Part shown: positions 1 to 9,162 of the stretch, piece after piece
Layout of the letters: every line of letters begins with the position of its first letter
Position numbering within the stretch: position 1 is the first letter of the stretch
Notes under the pieces: model-generated
Database searches by the model: none
Told to the model about the DNA's origin: nothing
What the model saw: the letters and a program-made list of their open reading frames with translations, nothing else
Origin: Nitrospirae bacterium MYbin3
GTDB lineage: Bacteria > Nitrospirota > Thermodesulfovibrionia > Thermodesulfovibrionales > Dissulfurispiraceae
Reading direction: 5' to 3'
Length of the DNA stretch: 47,124 nt
NCBI GenBank assembly: GCA_002753335.1
Contig: PEAD01000007.1
Location: 62,001-109,124, forward strand
Made by a program: the position numbers and the translations under genes

Positions 1-1062
1 GCTTTGCCTCCTTCTGCGGTGTCGCTTAATTCAAAAGTAGATATAGTGGTGCGCGGCAACAATGTTGCGAGAAAAAGCGACAGCAGGGTTGTGCAGGCAA
101 CTGTAATATACAGGGACTCTATTCAGCAGGTGAAAATCCTGACGTCAGAAGGAACGCTTTGTGAAGATGAGCGTGTATATACATTAGGGGTGGTACAGAT
201 TGTTGCTGTATCAGACGGAATTGTGCAAACCGGATATGAGCCGGCAGGAGGGCATATTGGGTTTGAGCTTTTTGAAGGAGAGCTTATAGAAGAGCTTGCT
301 GCAAAAGCGGTCAAAAGGGCAACAATGATGCTTAAGGCTGAACGCGCACCGGCCGGCAGGATGCCGGTAATAATCTCATCCGAGGCCGGAGGCACAATGA
401 TCCACGAGGCTGTGGGCCATGGACTTGAAGCAGATCTTGTGCAGCAGGGGCTTTCGGTATATTCAAGCAAGAAGGGGCAGGAGATCGCCTCCCGAATCGT
501 GACGGTTATAGATGATGCAACTATTCCGAACAAAAGAGGTTCATTTATTTTTGATGATGAAGGAACCCAATCCCAGAGGACTGTGTTGGTGAAAAATGGC
601 GTACTGACAAGCTACATGTATGACAAATGGACATCAATTAAGGACAGTGTTTTATCAACAGGTAACGGCAGGCGGGAATCCTACGAAAGCAAACCTATAC
701 CCAGAATGACAAATACATTTATAGAACGGGGAACTGCTTCGCCGGAAGAAGTTGTGAGTTCTGTTGATAGAGGTCTTTTTGTAAAAAAAATGGGCGGTGG
801 ACAGGTAAATACCGTTACAGGGGATTTTGTATTCGATGTTCAGGAAGGGTACTTAATAGAAAATGGGGTTGTTAGTGAACCTGTCAGGGGAGCTACACTT
901 ATTGGAAGCGGTCCGGATATTTTAAAATCTATAGATATGGTTGGCTCTGATATGGGTTTTTCTATAGGCACATGCGGAAAAGACGGACAGGGCGTTCCTG
1001 TTTCTGATGCTATGCCAACTTTGCGTATTCCTGAGATGGTGGTCGGTGGCGAAATCAAATGA
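1..1062 (+). CDS. tldD: TldD/PmbA family metalloprotease (5' end truncated by window edge)
   Basis: HEAVGHGLEAD zinc motif, FDDEG, TGNGRRES...PIPRMTNT and CGKDGQGVPVSDAMPT are TldD signatures; the frame is open to the window start. Confidence 0.93.
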   Translation, partial: ALPPSAVSLNSKVDIVVRGNNVARKSDSRVVQATVIYRDSIQQVKILTSEGTLCEDERVYTLGVVQIVAVSDGIVQTGYEPAGGHIGFELFEGELIEELAAKAVKRATMMLKAERAPAGRMPVIISSEAGGTMIHEAVGHGLEADLVQQGLSVYSSKKGQEIASRIVTVIDDATIPNKRGSFIFDDEGTQSQRTVLVKNGVLTSYMYDKWTSIKDSVLSTGNGRRESYESKPIPRMTNTFIERGTASPEEVVSSVDRGLFVKKMGGGQVNTVTGDFVFDVQEGYLIENGVVSEPVRGATLIGSGPDILKSIDMVGSDMGFSIGTCGKDGQGVPVSDAMPTLRIPEMVVGGEIK

Positions 1063-1156
1063 TTTTACAGCATTTTTTGTTGCAAAAAAAACACAGAATC
1101 GAATTTCAGCAACAACTCATTCCTGATAATTCATTGTTTTAAAACATGTTTATTTT

Positions 1157-1172
1157 TGGCATGCTACTTGCA
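1157..1172 (+). promoter_or_regulatory. sigma54 (RpoN) -24/-12 promoter upstream of lpxC
   Basis: TGGCATGCTACTTGCA has GG-N10-GC spacing and closely matches the TGGCACG-N4-TTGCW consensus; it ends 14 nt before the lpxC ATG. Confidence 0.75.
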
Positions 1173-1186
1173 ATCTTTTGTTAGCT

Positions 1187-2074
1187 ATGAGATTGCAACG
1201 CACAATTAAAAAAGAGGTTGTATTCAGCGGAATAGGTCTGCACACAGGCAAGCAAGCTACTGTGAAAATCAAGCCTGCTGCGCGCGACACCGGAATCGTA
1301 TTTTATCGCACCGACAAAGGAGCCTTAATCAGGGCCAATATGGAGTCGGTAATAGACACCGCATTTGCGACAACTATAGGCGTTAACGGGGTAAAAATCA
1401 AAACTATAGAGCACATGCTTGCAGCAGCGGCTGGGCTCGGGATCGACAATCTTCTCGTAGAGGTGGATGGGCCGGAGATACCGGTGCTTGACGGCAGTGC
1501 TATTGAGCTTACCGAAATTCTTCTTGAAGCAGGGATAGCAAAGCAGGGCAAGAAAATGCCTTATATAAAAATATTGAAGCCGATAGTTTATGAAGATGCT
1601 CATTCGAGAGCTGTTGCAATACCTTTTGACGGCAGGCGCTTTTCATATTATATAAATTTCAGCCACCATATTCTTGGACAGCAAGAAATTACGATGGACC
1701 TGAACGAAACGAATTTTGTAAAAGAGGTAGCCCCTGCCAGAACTTTTGGTTTTCTAAAAGATGTTGAGATGCTTAGGGCTAACGGACTTGCCAAAGGCGG
1801 TTCGCTCGACAATGCGATAATAGTTGGAGAAAACGGTGTAATCAACAAATCAGGTCTTAGGTTCAAAGATGAGTTTGTAAGGCATAAACTTCTTGATTCT
1901 ATTGGGGATCTGTCTTTAATAGGCTACCCGATACAGGGGCATGTAATGCTTGAGAAGTCGGGGCATACAGCCAATCTGAATTTTCTGAAAAAACTTATTT
2001 CGTCTTTCGATTCTTATACGCTTATTTCTGAAGAAGTTGACCATTCAAGCCTGAAAGTTTTACACTACAATTAA
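1187..2074 (+). CDS. lpxC: UDP-3-O-acyl-N-acetylglucosamine deacetylase
   Basis: QRTIKK..GIGLHTG, TIEHMLAA, EIPVLDGSA, ARTFGF, RHKLLDSIGDL motifs; ATG at 1187 preferred over upstream TTG. Confidence 0.97.
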   Translation: MRLQRTIKKEVVFSGIGLHTGKQATVKIKPAARDTGIVFYRTDKGALIRANMESVIDTAFATTIGVNGVKIKTIEHMLAAAAGLGIDNLLVEVDGPEIPVLDGSAIELTEILLEAGIAKQGKKMPYIKILKPIVYEDAHSRAVAIPFDGRRFSYYINFSHHILGQQEITMDLNETNFVKEVAPARTFGFLKDVEMLRANGLAKGGSLDNAIIVGENGVINKSGLRFKDEFVRHKLLDSIGDLSLIGYPIQGHVMLEKSGHTANLNFLKKLISSFDSYTLISEEVDHSSLKVLHYN

Positions 2075-2085
2075 GGCAAAAAAAG

Positions 2086-2161
2086 AGGGAATACCCAACT
2101 TTCCAGTTTCATCAGAGTAACGTTTTCCAAACCATTTTGGTAAAGTTTTTGGGTATTCCCT
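2086..2161. terminator. Long bidirectional hairpin between lpxC and the convergent microprotein gene
   Basis: AGGGAATACCCA...TGGGTATTCCCT inverted repeat with an inner imperfect stem, flanked by an A-run on the left and T-rich sequence on the right. Confidence 0.6.
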
Positions 2162-2188
2162 AATTTTTCTCTGCTTCTGAAAGCTTAC

Positions 2189-2263
2189 TTATTTCTTCTT
2201 CGCTGCTTTCTTTGCCGGAGCCTTCGCTGCCTTCTTTGCCGGAGCCTTTTTTGCTGTTGCCAT
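2189..2263 (-). CDS. 24-aa Lys/Ala/Pro-rich histone-H1-like microprotein MATAKKAPAKKAAKAPAKKAAKKK
   Basis: Read manually: ATG at 2263, TAA at 2191-2189, strong SD AAAGGGGGTGA just upstream, tandem KAPAKKAA repeat; below the ORF-track length cutoff. Confidence 0.8.
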   Translation of the reverse strand: MATAKKAPAKKAAKAPAKKAAKKK

Positions 2264-2323
2264 TCTTGTTCACCCCCTTTCGATTCCTGCAATCCTTATA
2301 AGGCGAATGCAGGAGCGTGTTAA

Positions 2324-2869
2324 TTAAGCCCTTCCCATAAGCGTAATTCTTTTTTCTGCAAGAATTCGCTTAAGATTGGAGTCCTTACGTTTTTTGGTTT
2401 TGTAGTCGTCCTCGTCTATAACCATACAGTTCATTCTTTTACCGAATTTCTTCTCAAGATCCTGAAGTCCCATGAGAAAGGCTGGAGTCGAAGGCCCGAC
2501 CACCACAAGGTCAACGGTATGTGAGTCTTCTCCTTCGGCGTATGATCCGTAAATGAAAGCAATTTTTATCCCGTTCGCCCTAAGCAGGCTTTTAAGCGCG
2601 CCGGGCAGACCGAGCGATTTGGCTATGAGGTCTTTGAGTTCCACAAAGAGGGGGGAGTTTTTGTCTGATTGAAAATATTTTAGGTTGGCCACCTTTTCGC
2701 TGGATATTATTCCCATGCCTTCGAGCTTATCCAGCTCTCTTTTTACACCTGAGGGATTTTTGCGGAGAAGGGTTGCGATTTCCCTGACGTAGAATTTTTC
2801 GTCGGGACTATTAAGGAGCAGAGACAACACATCCGCTCTTATTGATGATGAGAACAAGCTTTTAAGCAA
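2324..2869 (-). CDS. Winged-helix DNA-binding protein fused to a degenerate minimal nucleotidyltransferase domain
   Basis: N-terminal LFSS..RADVL..FYVREIA..NPSGVKRELDKLE wHTH; C-terminal AFIYGSYAEG...VDLVVVG resembles an MNT fold; GAGGAG SD before TTG. Confidence 0.75.
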   Translation of the reverse strand: MLKSLFSSSIRADVLSLLLNSPDEKFYVREIATLLRKNPSGVKRELDKLEGMGIISSEKVANLKYFQSDKNSPLFVELKDLIAKSLGLPGALKSLLRANGIKIAFIYGSYAEGEDSHTVDLVVVGPSTPAFLMGLQDLEKKFGKRMNCMVIDEDDYKTKKRKDSNLKRILAEKRITLMGRA

Positions 2870-2889
2870 TGTAACTCCTCATACGAAAT

Positions 2890-2918
2890 ATTTTATACGA
2901 ATCTTTTACATTTGTCAA
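2890..2918 (-). promoter_or_regulatory. sigma70-type promoter of the wHTH-MNT gene
   Basis: Minus-strand TTGACA-N17-TAAAAT; ATACGAA direct repeats (2881, 2895) flank the -10. Confidence 0.7.
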
Positions 2919-3120
2919 CAGAAAAATTACATTAATAAACGATAGTTGTTTTTTTGTGAACATTCTCATTAAAACAACAATTGTTCATTAATTAGCAACA
3001 ATCATTTCAATTTCTAACAGTGCTTTGTTTTTCGCTGCGTTCCACAATGGATTTTTAGCTGGGCCAAAACGTATAATTTATATTCAAAAAGACAAGACAA
3101 AAAAAGAGTGAGGGTAAATT

Positions 3121-4908
3121 ATGGACATTACGGTCAAAAACAGGAAGCTTTCTGGATGGATCAAAGAAGTTGCGGAGATGTGCCAGCCGGATGATATTTA
3201 TCTGTGTGACGGAACAAAAAAAGAATACGATTTGATGATGTCAAAGCTTTTGGCGAGCGGCAGCGCGATTCCTTTGAAGAAACGGCCTAACAGTTATCTT
3301 TTCAGATCTGATCCGAGCGATGTGGCCCGCGTTGAAGACCGTACATATATAAGCACAGTATCAAAAGATGAAGCCGGGCCAACCAACAACTGGATAGACC
3401 CTGCTGAGCTGAAGAAAACTATGCGCAGTCTTTATAAAGGATGCATGAAGGGTCGCACGATGTATGTGATCCCTTTTTCTATGGGGCCGATAGGCTCTCC
3501 CATAGCCAAGATAGGTGTTGAAATAAGCGACAGTCCGTATGTTGTCTGCAATATGCATATTATGACTCGTGTAGGCTCCCGTGTTTTGGATATTCTCGGT
3601 GAAGATGGCGACTTCATTCCATGTCTGCATTCAATCGGAGCCCCTTTGGCCGAGGGACAGAAGGATGTTCAGTGGCCGTGCGCTCCGATAGAGAGCAAAT
3701 ACATAAGCCACTTTCCTGAAGAAAGTCTTATCTGGTCTTATGGTTCTGGCTATGGTGGGAATGCCCTCTTAGGCAAAAAATGTCTTGCCCTACGCATTGC
3801 TTCTTCAGTAGCGAAGCGCGAAGGGTGGATGGCGGAGCATATGCTGATCCTCAGGCTGACAAGCCCTGAAGGCAAGCAATACCATATTGCAGCAGCTTTC
3901 CCATCCGCTTGCGGCAAGACCAATCTTGCTATGATGAGACCTTCAATAGAAGGCTGGAAGTGCGAATGTCTGGGCGATGATATCGCATGGATGAAGATAG
4001 GGCCTGACGGCAGACTTTATGCTATAAATCCAGAAAGCGGCTTTTTCGGCGTGGCTCCCGGCACCTCGTACAATACCAATCCTATGGCAATGGATTCACT
4101 TAAAGAAAATGTTATTTTCACAAACTGCGCCCTGACTGATGATGGTGATGTGTGGTGGGAAGGCATGACCGATGACTCTCCGGCCCACACAATTGACTGG
4201 AAAGGCAAAGACTGGACTCCGGGCAGTCCGTCCGATGCTGCCCATCCAAACGCACGCTTTACTGCGCCTGCTTCGCAATGCCCTGTAATCTGCAAAGATT
4301 GGGAAAATCCTGCCGGTGTTCCAATTGATATTTTCATATTCGGAGGCCGCCGCAGCAATGCTGTTCCTTTGGTAAGCGAGGCTCTTTCTTGGGATCACGG
4401 AGTTTTTCTGGGCGCGACAGCTGCATCCGAGACAACCTCTGCAAACATAGGCGCGGTAGGAAATCTCAGACGCGATCCTTTTGCGATGAAGCCTTTCTGC
4501 GGATATAACATGGGTGATTATTTTCAGCATTGGCTGAATATGGGCGACAAGCTCGGCAGCAAGGCGCCAAAGATTTTTTATGTTAATTGGTTTAGGAAGA
4601 GCTCTGACGGCAAGTTTTTATGGCCGGGCTTCAGCGATAACAGTCGTGTTCTTAAATGGATGTGCGAGCGCATTGACGCCAAGGTCGAAGCAAAAGAGTC
4701 TCCAATAGGGCTGCTGCCTAAGGATGGCGACTTGGATATCAAAGGCATAAACATATCAGCAGAGAATATGAAAGAGCTTATGAGTGTGGATAAGGCCGAA
4801 TGGAAAGCCGAGATTCCGGATATAGAAAATCACTTTTCGCTTTTCGGCAGCCGTCTTCCGGAAAGGCTGAACAAACAGCTCAAAGATCTCTCGGCACGCC
4901 TCGGATGA
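3121..4908 (+). CDS. pckG: Phosphoenolpyruvate carboxykinase (GTP)
   Basis: [58 protein letters not shown] motifs. Confidence 0.97.
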   Translation: MDITVKNRKLSGWIKEVAEMCQPDDIYLCDGTKKEYDLMMSKLLASGSAIPLKKRPNSYLFRSDPSDVARVEDRTYISTVSKDEAGPTNNWIDPAELKKTMRSLYKGCMKGRTMYVIPFSMGPIGSPIAKIGVEISDSPYVVCNMHIMTRVGSRVLDILGEDGDFIPCLHSIGAPLAEGQKDVQWPCAPIESKYISHFPEESLIWSYGSGYGGNALLGKKCLALRIASSVAKREGWMAEHMLILRLTSPEGKQYHIAAAFPSACGKTNLAMMRPSIEGWKCECLGDDIAWMKIGPDGRLYAINPESGFFGVAPGTSYNTNPMAMDSLKENVIFTNCALTDDGDVWWEGMTDDSPAHTIDWKGKDWTPGSPSDAAHPNARFTAPASQCPVICKDWENPAGVPIDIFIFGGRRSNAVPLVSEALSWDHGVFLGATAASETTSANIGAVGNLRRDPFAMKPFCGYNMGDYFQHWLNMGDKLGSKAPKIFYVNWFRKSSDGKFLWPGFSDNSRVLKWMCERIDAKVEAKESPIGLLPKDGDLDIKGINISAENMKELMSVDKAEWKAEIPDIENHFSLFGSRLPERLNKQLKDLSARLG

Positions 4909-4919
4909 TTTTTTAGCTT

Positions 4920-6674
4920 TTGGAAAAAACAGCCCCTAAAAAATCACTCGTAAATATTCTTGGAGCGGTTTATGTTCACTCTAAGACCAGTGATGGCGGT
5001 GATTTATATCTTACACGGTTTGCTGAGCCGTATCAAGAACATTTTCAGATCGAAAACTGGCACGATAAGCACTGGTTCGACCAGCATAAAGTTAAGCTGA
5101 AAGGGACGAGCTCTGTTTATAGAGTTCCAACAAGGGAAGTTGAAGGCAAGAGTCTTGATCTGGTTGTAAAGACATGCCGGGTTGGAGAGGATGTTCCGCT
5201 TGATACCCACACGCTGCAGGAATTTTGCGATGCCGAGTTCAACAGTCCATGGGAAGAGTTCTCTCTGGTTTTCGAGATGAGAGACGGGCTTTACGGCCCT
5301 AAAAACATGAAAGTTAAAACGCAGCGGCCGCTTGCCATTTATGTGCCTCCGGAACAGATGCAGCTTTGGCAGAGCGGCAGGTCGAGGGCCAAGATAAACA
5401 GGATAACTGCCAAGCATCCGGGCATCAATCTGGATATTCTTAAGCAGTACAAGCTTATTTATGAATGGATCAGAGGCAAAAATTTAACCGAACTTTTTGA
5501 ACACATTGATATAAACCATGAGGAGCTCGTGCATCATCTTAAGGCGCTTACGCACAAGGCCATAGTTGACATGGGCAAAAAAGGTTTTCTTATTGCGGAT
5601 ATGAAGCCGGAGCATGTTGTACTCAGCGAGGCTGACAGCGAGCGTATCGAACAAATAGGACGTGAACACAAGATAGATCCGGTAAAAGAGCAGGTGGAGT
5701 TAATTTATAAACTTGTGGATGAGGAGCAATATTCGGTTATCGACTATGAACTTTTGCTCCGGACAAAAGAGCACGAAGAAGATGTAAAATCCACCAGAAG
5801 GCATTCGTATCTTGATGATCAGCGGGATCGCTTCAAGCCAACCCCGTTGCCTTCTCATTTGTCGTATGCCGAGATTTTAGGTGTCCCATATATTTACGGG
5901 CATGCAGAAAGCACCGGCGGCCACTTGTGGGTAGTTGGAAGGAATGCTCGTTTATTTGACTATTTTCTTCCTGAAAGATGGCGGAAAACACCTTCGCTGA
6001 AGCTGTCAGAAAACAAAGATGTGTTTTATACTATTACAAAAGATAATATTCGTTTGGTATGGAAAGCTTCTCGTGTGGGAGAAATGCCTGTTGGCGGGGA
6101 CGAGGGAAGCGAAGAGAGTTCGAAAATTATTCGACACGGAATAAACAGCCCTTTTGAAGAATTCGCCATATCGCACAAGCTGAATCAGCTCGGTATTCCG
6201 TCGGTTTATGTCAGAGCGATATACATGACAGGAGTGCCGAAAATAGAGGCTTCAAGCGATCGTAGGAGATACGAAAGCCACAAAGATATTCTTGATCCTG
6301 AGGGAAACCCTATTCTTCAGGAAAGCTATAACTACATTACGATTCGCGGTTATTACAACGGGCCTGACCAGTGGGTTGCAAAACAGGCAGAATCGTTATA
6401 CATGCCGCTGGATTTATCAAAGGCACCGTATAAAGGTATTATTGACGAAGGGCAGTGCCAAAGGCTGTTGGATAAGACTAAACAAAGGCTGGCGGATGCG
6501 GGCTATGATGGCTCGCTGCTTAAAGCCAACGACCTTTTGATTGCTGTGGATGAGGATGGAAACTTTATGAGATATAACAGTGGAGAACCTGTGCTCATTC
6601 TTTGTAATTTTGAATTTATATGGAAGAGTGGAGCGCCTGCAATTGCCTGTGAATGCGTAGCGGGGGAGAACTGA
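4920..6674 (+). CDS. Hypothetical protein with two protein-kinase-like (RIO/Kdo-kinase-type) repeats
   Basis: Internal duplication (LVVKTCRVGE..NSPWEEF..PLAIY versus LVWKASRVGE..NSPFEEF..VRAIY); ADMKPEH and IDYE motifs in the N-half. The fold assignment is inference. Confidence 0.6.
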   Translation: MEKTAPKKSLVNILGAVYVHSKTSDGGDLYLTRFAEPYQEHFQIENWHDKHWFDQHKVKLKGTSSVYRVPTREVEGKSLDLVVKTCRVGEDVPLDTHTLQEFCDAEFNSPWEEFSLVFEMRDGLYGPKNMKVKTQRPLAIYVPPEQMQLWQSGRSRAKINRITAKHPGINLDILKQYKLIYEWIRGKNLTELFEHIDINHEELVHHLKALTHKAIVDMGKKGFLIADMKPEHVVLSEADSERIEQIGREHKIDPVKEQVELIYKLVDEEQYSVIDYELLLRTKEHEEDVKSTRRHSYLDDQRDRFKPTPLPSHLSYAEILGVPYIYGHAESTGGHLWVVGRNARLFDYFLPERWRKTPSLKLSENKDVFYTITKDNIRLVWKASRVGEMPVGGDEGSEESSKIIRHGINSPFEEFAISHKLNQLGIPSVYVRAIYMTGVPKIEASSDRRRYESHKDILDPEGNPILQESYNYITIRGYYNGPDQWVAKQAESLYMPLDLSKAPYKGIIDEGQCQRLLDKTKQRLADAGYDGSLLKANDLLIAVDEDGNFMRYNSGEPVLILCNFEFIWKSGAPAIACECVAGEN

Positions 6675-6677
6675 AAA

Positions 6678-7346
6678 ATGGAAATAGAACATACTATAAG
6701 ACAGATCGCGATTTCTGCGGTGCCGATATTAATAGCGATAATTTTGCATGAGGTTTCGCACGGTTTTGTTGCATGGAAGTTAGGAGACCCAACCGCAAAA
6801 ATGCTCGGACGCCTGACGCTGAATCCTGTGTCTCATATAGATCCGTTCGGCACGGTTATTATGCCGATAATGCTGCTGGTGTTTTCTAATGGGCAGTTCA
6901 TGTTCGGATACGCAAAACCTGTTCCGATAAATCCTGGCAACTTTAAAAATCCCAAAAGGGACATGGCGATATCCGCGGCTGCGGGACCTGCTGCAAACCT
7001 GCTTCTTGCGGTGTCAAGCGTAATAATTCTGAAATATATTTTAATACCGTCCGTTGCATTTCTTTCAGCAGAGGCGCTGGACAAAATTCTTAAGCCTATT
7101 GCGATGATGCTGACCGCTAGCGTAACAATGAATGTGGTGCTCGCTGCTTTCAATCTCTTGCCAATTCCTCCTCTAGATGGGGGACGGGTTATCATGGGCT
7201 TTCTGCCCTACAAACAGGCTGCGGCATACAGCAAAATAGAGCCTTACGGAATGATGATAGTGTTGTTGCTTGTTGTTACCGGATTTTCGAGTTATCTTAT
7301 AATGCCTCTTGCGAGGCTTTTCATGAACATAATAGGGATGCTGTGA
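6678..7346 (+). CDS. Site-2 protease family (M50) membrane zinc metalloprotease
   Basis: HEVSH motif, GDPTAK..GRLTLNP, AGP..N, FNLLPIPPLDGG. Confidence 0.93.
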   Translation: MEIEHTIRQIAISAVPILIAIILHEVSHGFVAWKLGDPTAKMLGRLTLNPVSHIDPFGTVIMPIMLLVFSNGQFMFGYAKPVPINPGNFKNPKRDMAISAAAGPAANLLLAVSSVIILKYILIPSVAFLSAEALDKILKPIAMMLTASVTMNVVLAAFNLLPIPPLDGGRVIMGFLPYKQAAAYSKIEPYGMMIVLLLVVTGFSSYLIMPLARLFMNIIGML

Positions 7347-7347
7347 G

Positions 7348-8343
7348 GTGGTGCAAATGAATAGAGATAGGGTCCTCAGCGGGATGCAGGCGAGTGGGAA
7401 ACTGCATTTAGGCAATCTTGTAGGTGCTTTAAGAAATTGGGTTTCGCTTCAGGACAGATACGAATGCTACTATTTTGTGGCTGACTGGCATGCGCTTACC
7501 ACAGGATATGCGAACTCGTGCGCAATAAAAGAAAGCACAAAAGACCTGCTGATAAATTTTATTGCTGCCGGGCTTGACCCTCAGAAATGCACAATTTTCG
7601 TACAGTCTATGGTGCCGCAGCATGCAGAGCTGCATCTGCTTCTTTCGATGATAACGCCTGTAGGTTGGCTTGAAAGGGTGCCTACATACAAGGAAAAGCA
7701 GGAACAGCTTCAGGACAGAGATCTCTCAACCTACGGGTTCTTAGGTTACCCCGTCCTTCAGACGGCTGACATAATCATTTACAGGGCAAAGTATGTGCCT
7801 GTGGGAATAGACCAGATGCCGCATCTTGAAATTTCGCGCGAAATCGCAAGACGGTTTAATCATCTTTACGGTGAAGTGTTTCCGGAACCCGAAGGCCTGC
7901 TTACCAAATTCCCTAAGGTGCCGGGGCTTGACGGCAGAAAAATGTCGAAGAGTTATGACAATGCGGTGTATCTTAGTGACGAGCCTTCTGTTGTTGAGCA
8001 GAAGATACGAACAATGATGACCGATCCGGCAAGGAAGAGACGCACAGACAAGGGCGATCCGGAGCTTTCGCCTGTTTTTCATCTGCATAAGATTTTTTCA
8101 TCTCATGAGGAGCAGCAGGAAATTACTGAAGGCTGCAAGAGCGCAGGCATCGGTTGCATAGACTGCAAGAAGATTTTGATAAAGAACCTTTTTGCATATC
8201 TCGAACCTATTTGGGCCAAAAGGGCAGAGCTGAATAACAAGCCCGAAATTATTTCTGATATAATAGCCGGGGGAAATAAAAAAGCTGCGCATGAAGCGGA
8301 GCAGACCCTTATGCTTGTAAGATCTGCTATGGGTCTAGGTTAA
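7348..8343 (+). CDS. trpS: Tryptophan--tRNA ligase
   Basis: HLGN (HIGH) and KMSKS motifs, ADWHALT, YPVLQTADI, VPVGIDQ. Confidence 0.97.
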   Translation: MVQMNRDRVLSGMQASGKLHLGNLVGALRNWVSLQDRYECYYFVADWHALTTGYANSCAIKESTKDLLINFIAAGLDPQKCTIFVQSMVPQHAELHLLLSMITPVGWLERVPTYKEKQEQLQDRDLSTYGFLGYPVLQTADIIIYRAKYVPVGIDQMPHLEISREIARRFNHLYGEVFPEPEGLLTKFPKVPGLDGRKMSKSYDNAVYLSDEPSVVEQKIRTMMTDPARKRRTDKGDPELSPVFHLHKIFSSHEEQQEITEGCKSAGIGCIDCKKILIKNLFAYLEPIWAKRAELNNKPEIISDIIAGGNKKAAHEAEQTLMLVRSAMGLG

Positions 8344-8359
8344 CGGAGGAGGTAACAAA

Positions 8360-9091
8360 ATGCTTACGGATGACGAACTTAAACGTTATACCCGACAGAT
8401 GATGATGGAGGGTTGGGGCAACGGAACACAGGAAAAACTTAAAAAATCCACGGTTTTTATCGCAGGTGCAGGGGGGCTTGGTTCTCCGGTCTCGATATAT
8501 CTTGCGGTTGCGGGCGTGGGAAACATCAGGATATGCGATTTTGATTCTCCTGACATGTCTAACCTGAACCGTCAGATATTGCATAACCATAATAGGATTG
8601 GGACGAACAAGGCGGTTTCGGCAAAACAGACTTTAAGCGAACTCAATCCGGGCATAAATATTACCGCTTTTACCGACAAAATTGTGGCAGAAAACGTGGA
8701 CGAACTTGTTGGAGACGCAGACCTTATAATGGACTGTATGGACAACTTTCCAACCCGTTATGTCCTGAACGAATGTGCAATCAGGAAAAATATACCGCTT
8801 GTTCATGGAAGCATCTGGGGCATGGATGGCAGACTGACTGTTATAAAAGTCCCTGAAACCCCCTGTCTTGCATGCATATTCCCTGAGTCTCCTCCAAAAG
8901 AGGTTTTCCCTGTTGTAGGCGCTACCCCTGGGGTTATAGGCTGCCTTCAGGCGCTAGAGGCTATTAAATATCTTACCGGCGTCGGCGACAATATCAAGAA
9001 CAAGATTCTTGTTTGGGAAGGAACCAAGGTAGAGTTCAGGAAGTTCAAGGCTTATCGGGATCCTAATTGCCCGGTATGCGGCAAGCTTTAG
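8360..9091 (+). CDS. ThiF/MoeB/HesA family adenylyltransferase
   Basis: RYTRQ, GAGGLG, SNLNRQ, DNFPTR and two CxxC motifs (CLAC, CPVC). Confidence 0.92.
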   Translation: MLTDDELKRYTRQMMMEGWGNGTQEKLKKSTVFIAGAGGLGSPVSIYLAVAGVGNIRICDFDSPDMSNLNRQILHNHNRIGTNKAVSAKQTLSELNPGINITAFTDKIVAENVDELVGDADLIMDCMDNFPTRYVLNECAIRKNIPLVHGSIWGMDGRLTVIKVPETPCLACIFPESPPKEVFPVVGATPGVIGCLQALEAIKYLTGVGDNIKNKILVWEGTKVEFRKFKAYRDPNCPVCGKL

Positions 9092-9106
9092 CGGAATCCA
9101 TATAAC

Positions 9107-9146
9107 AAAAAAGAGAGAGCCGGCTTGTTTGCCGGCTCTCTCTTTT
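9107..9146. terminator. Bidirectional intrinsic terminator
   Basis: AAAAGAGAGAGCCGGC-N6-GCCGGCTCTCTCTTTT between convergent genes. Confidence 0.9.
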
Positions 9147-9162
9147 CAATCTGAAGTCCTAA

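Noticed and set aside
2100..2140. Hammerhead ribozyme (GAAA and CUGAUGA on the minus strand)
   Set aside because: Too few nucleotides lie between the core motifs to form stems I and III, and no GAAA follows the potential stem II.
8360..9091. ThiF/MoeB enzyme as part of the selenocytochrome system
   Set aside because: It is on the opposite strand at the end of the trpS run, separated by a bidirectional terminator, with no sulfur-carrier gene nearby.
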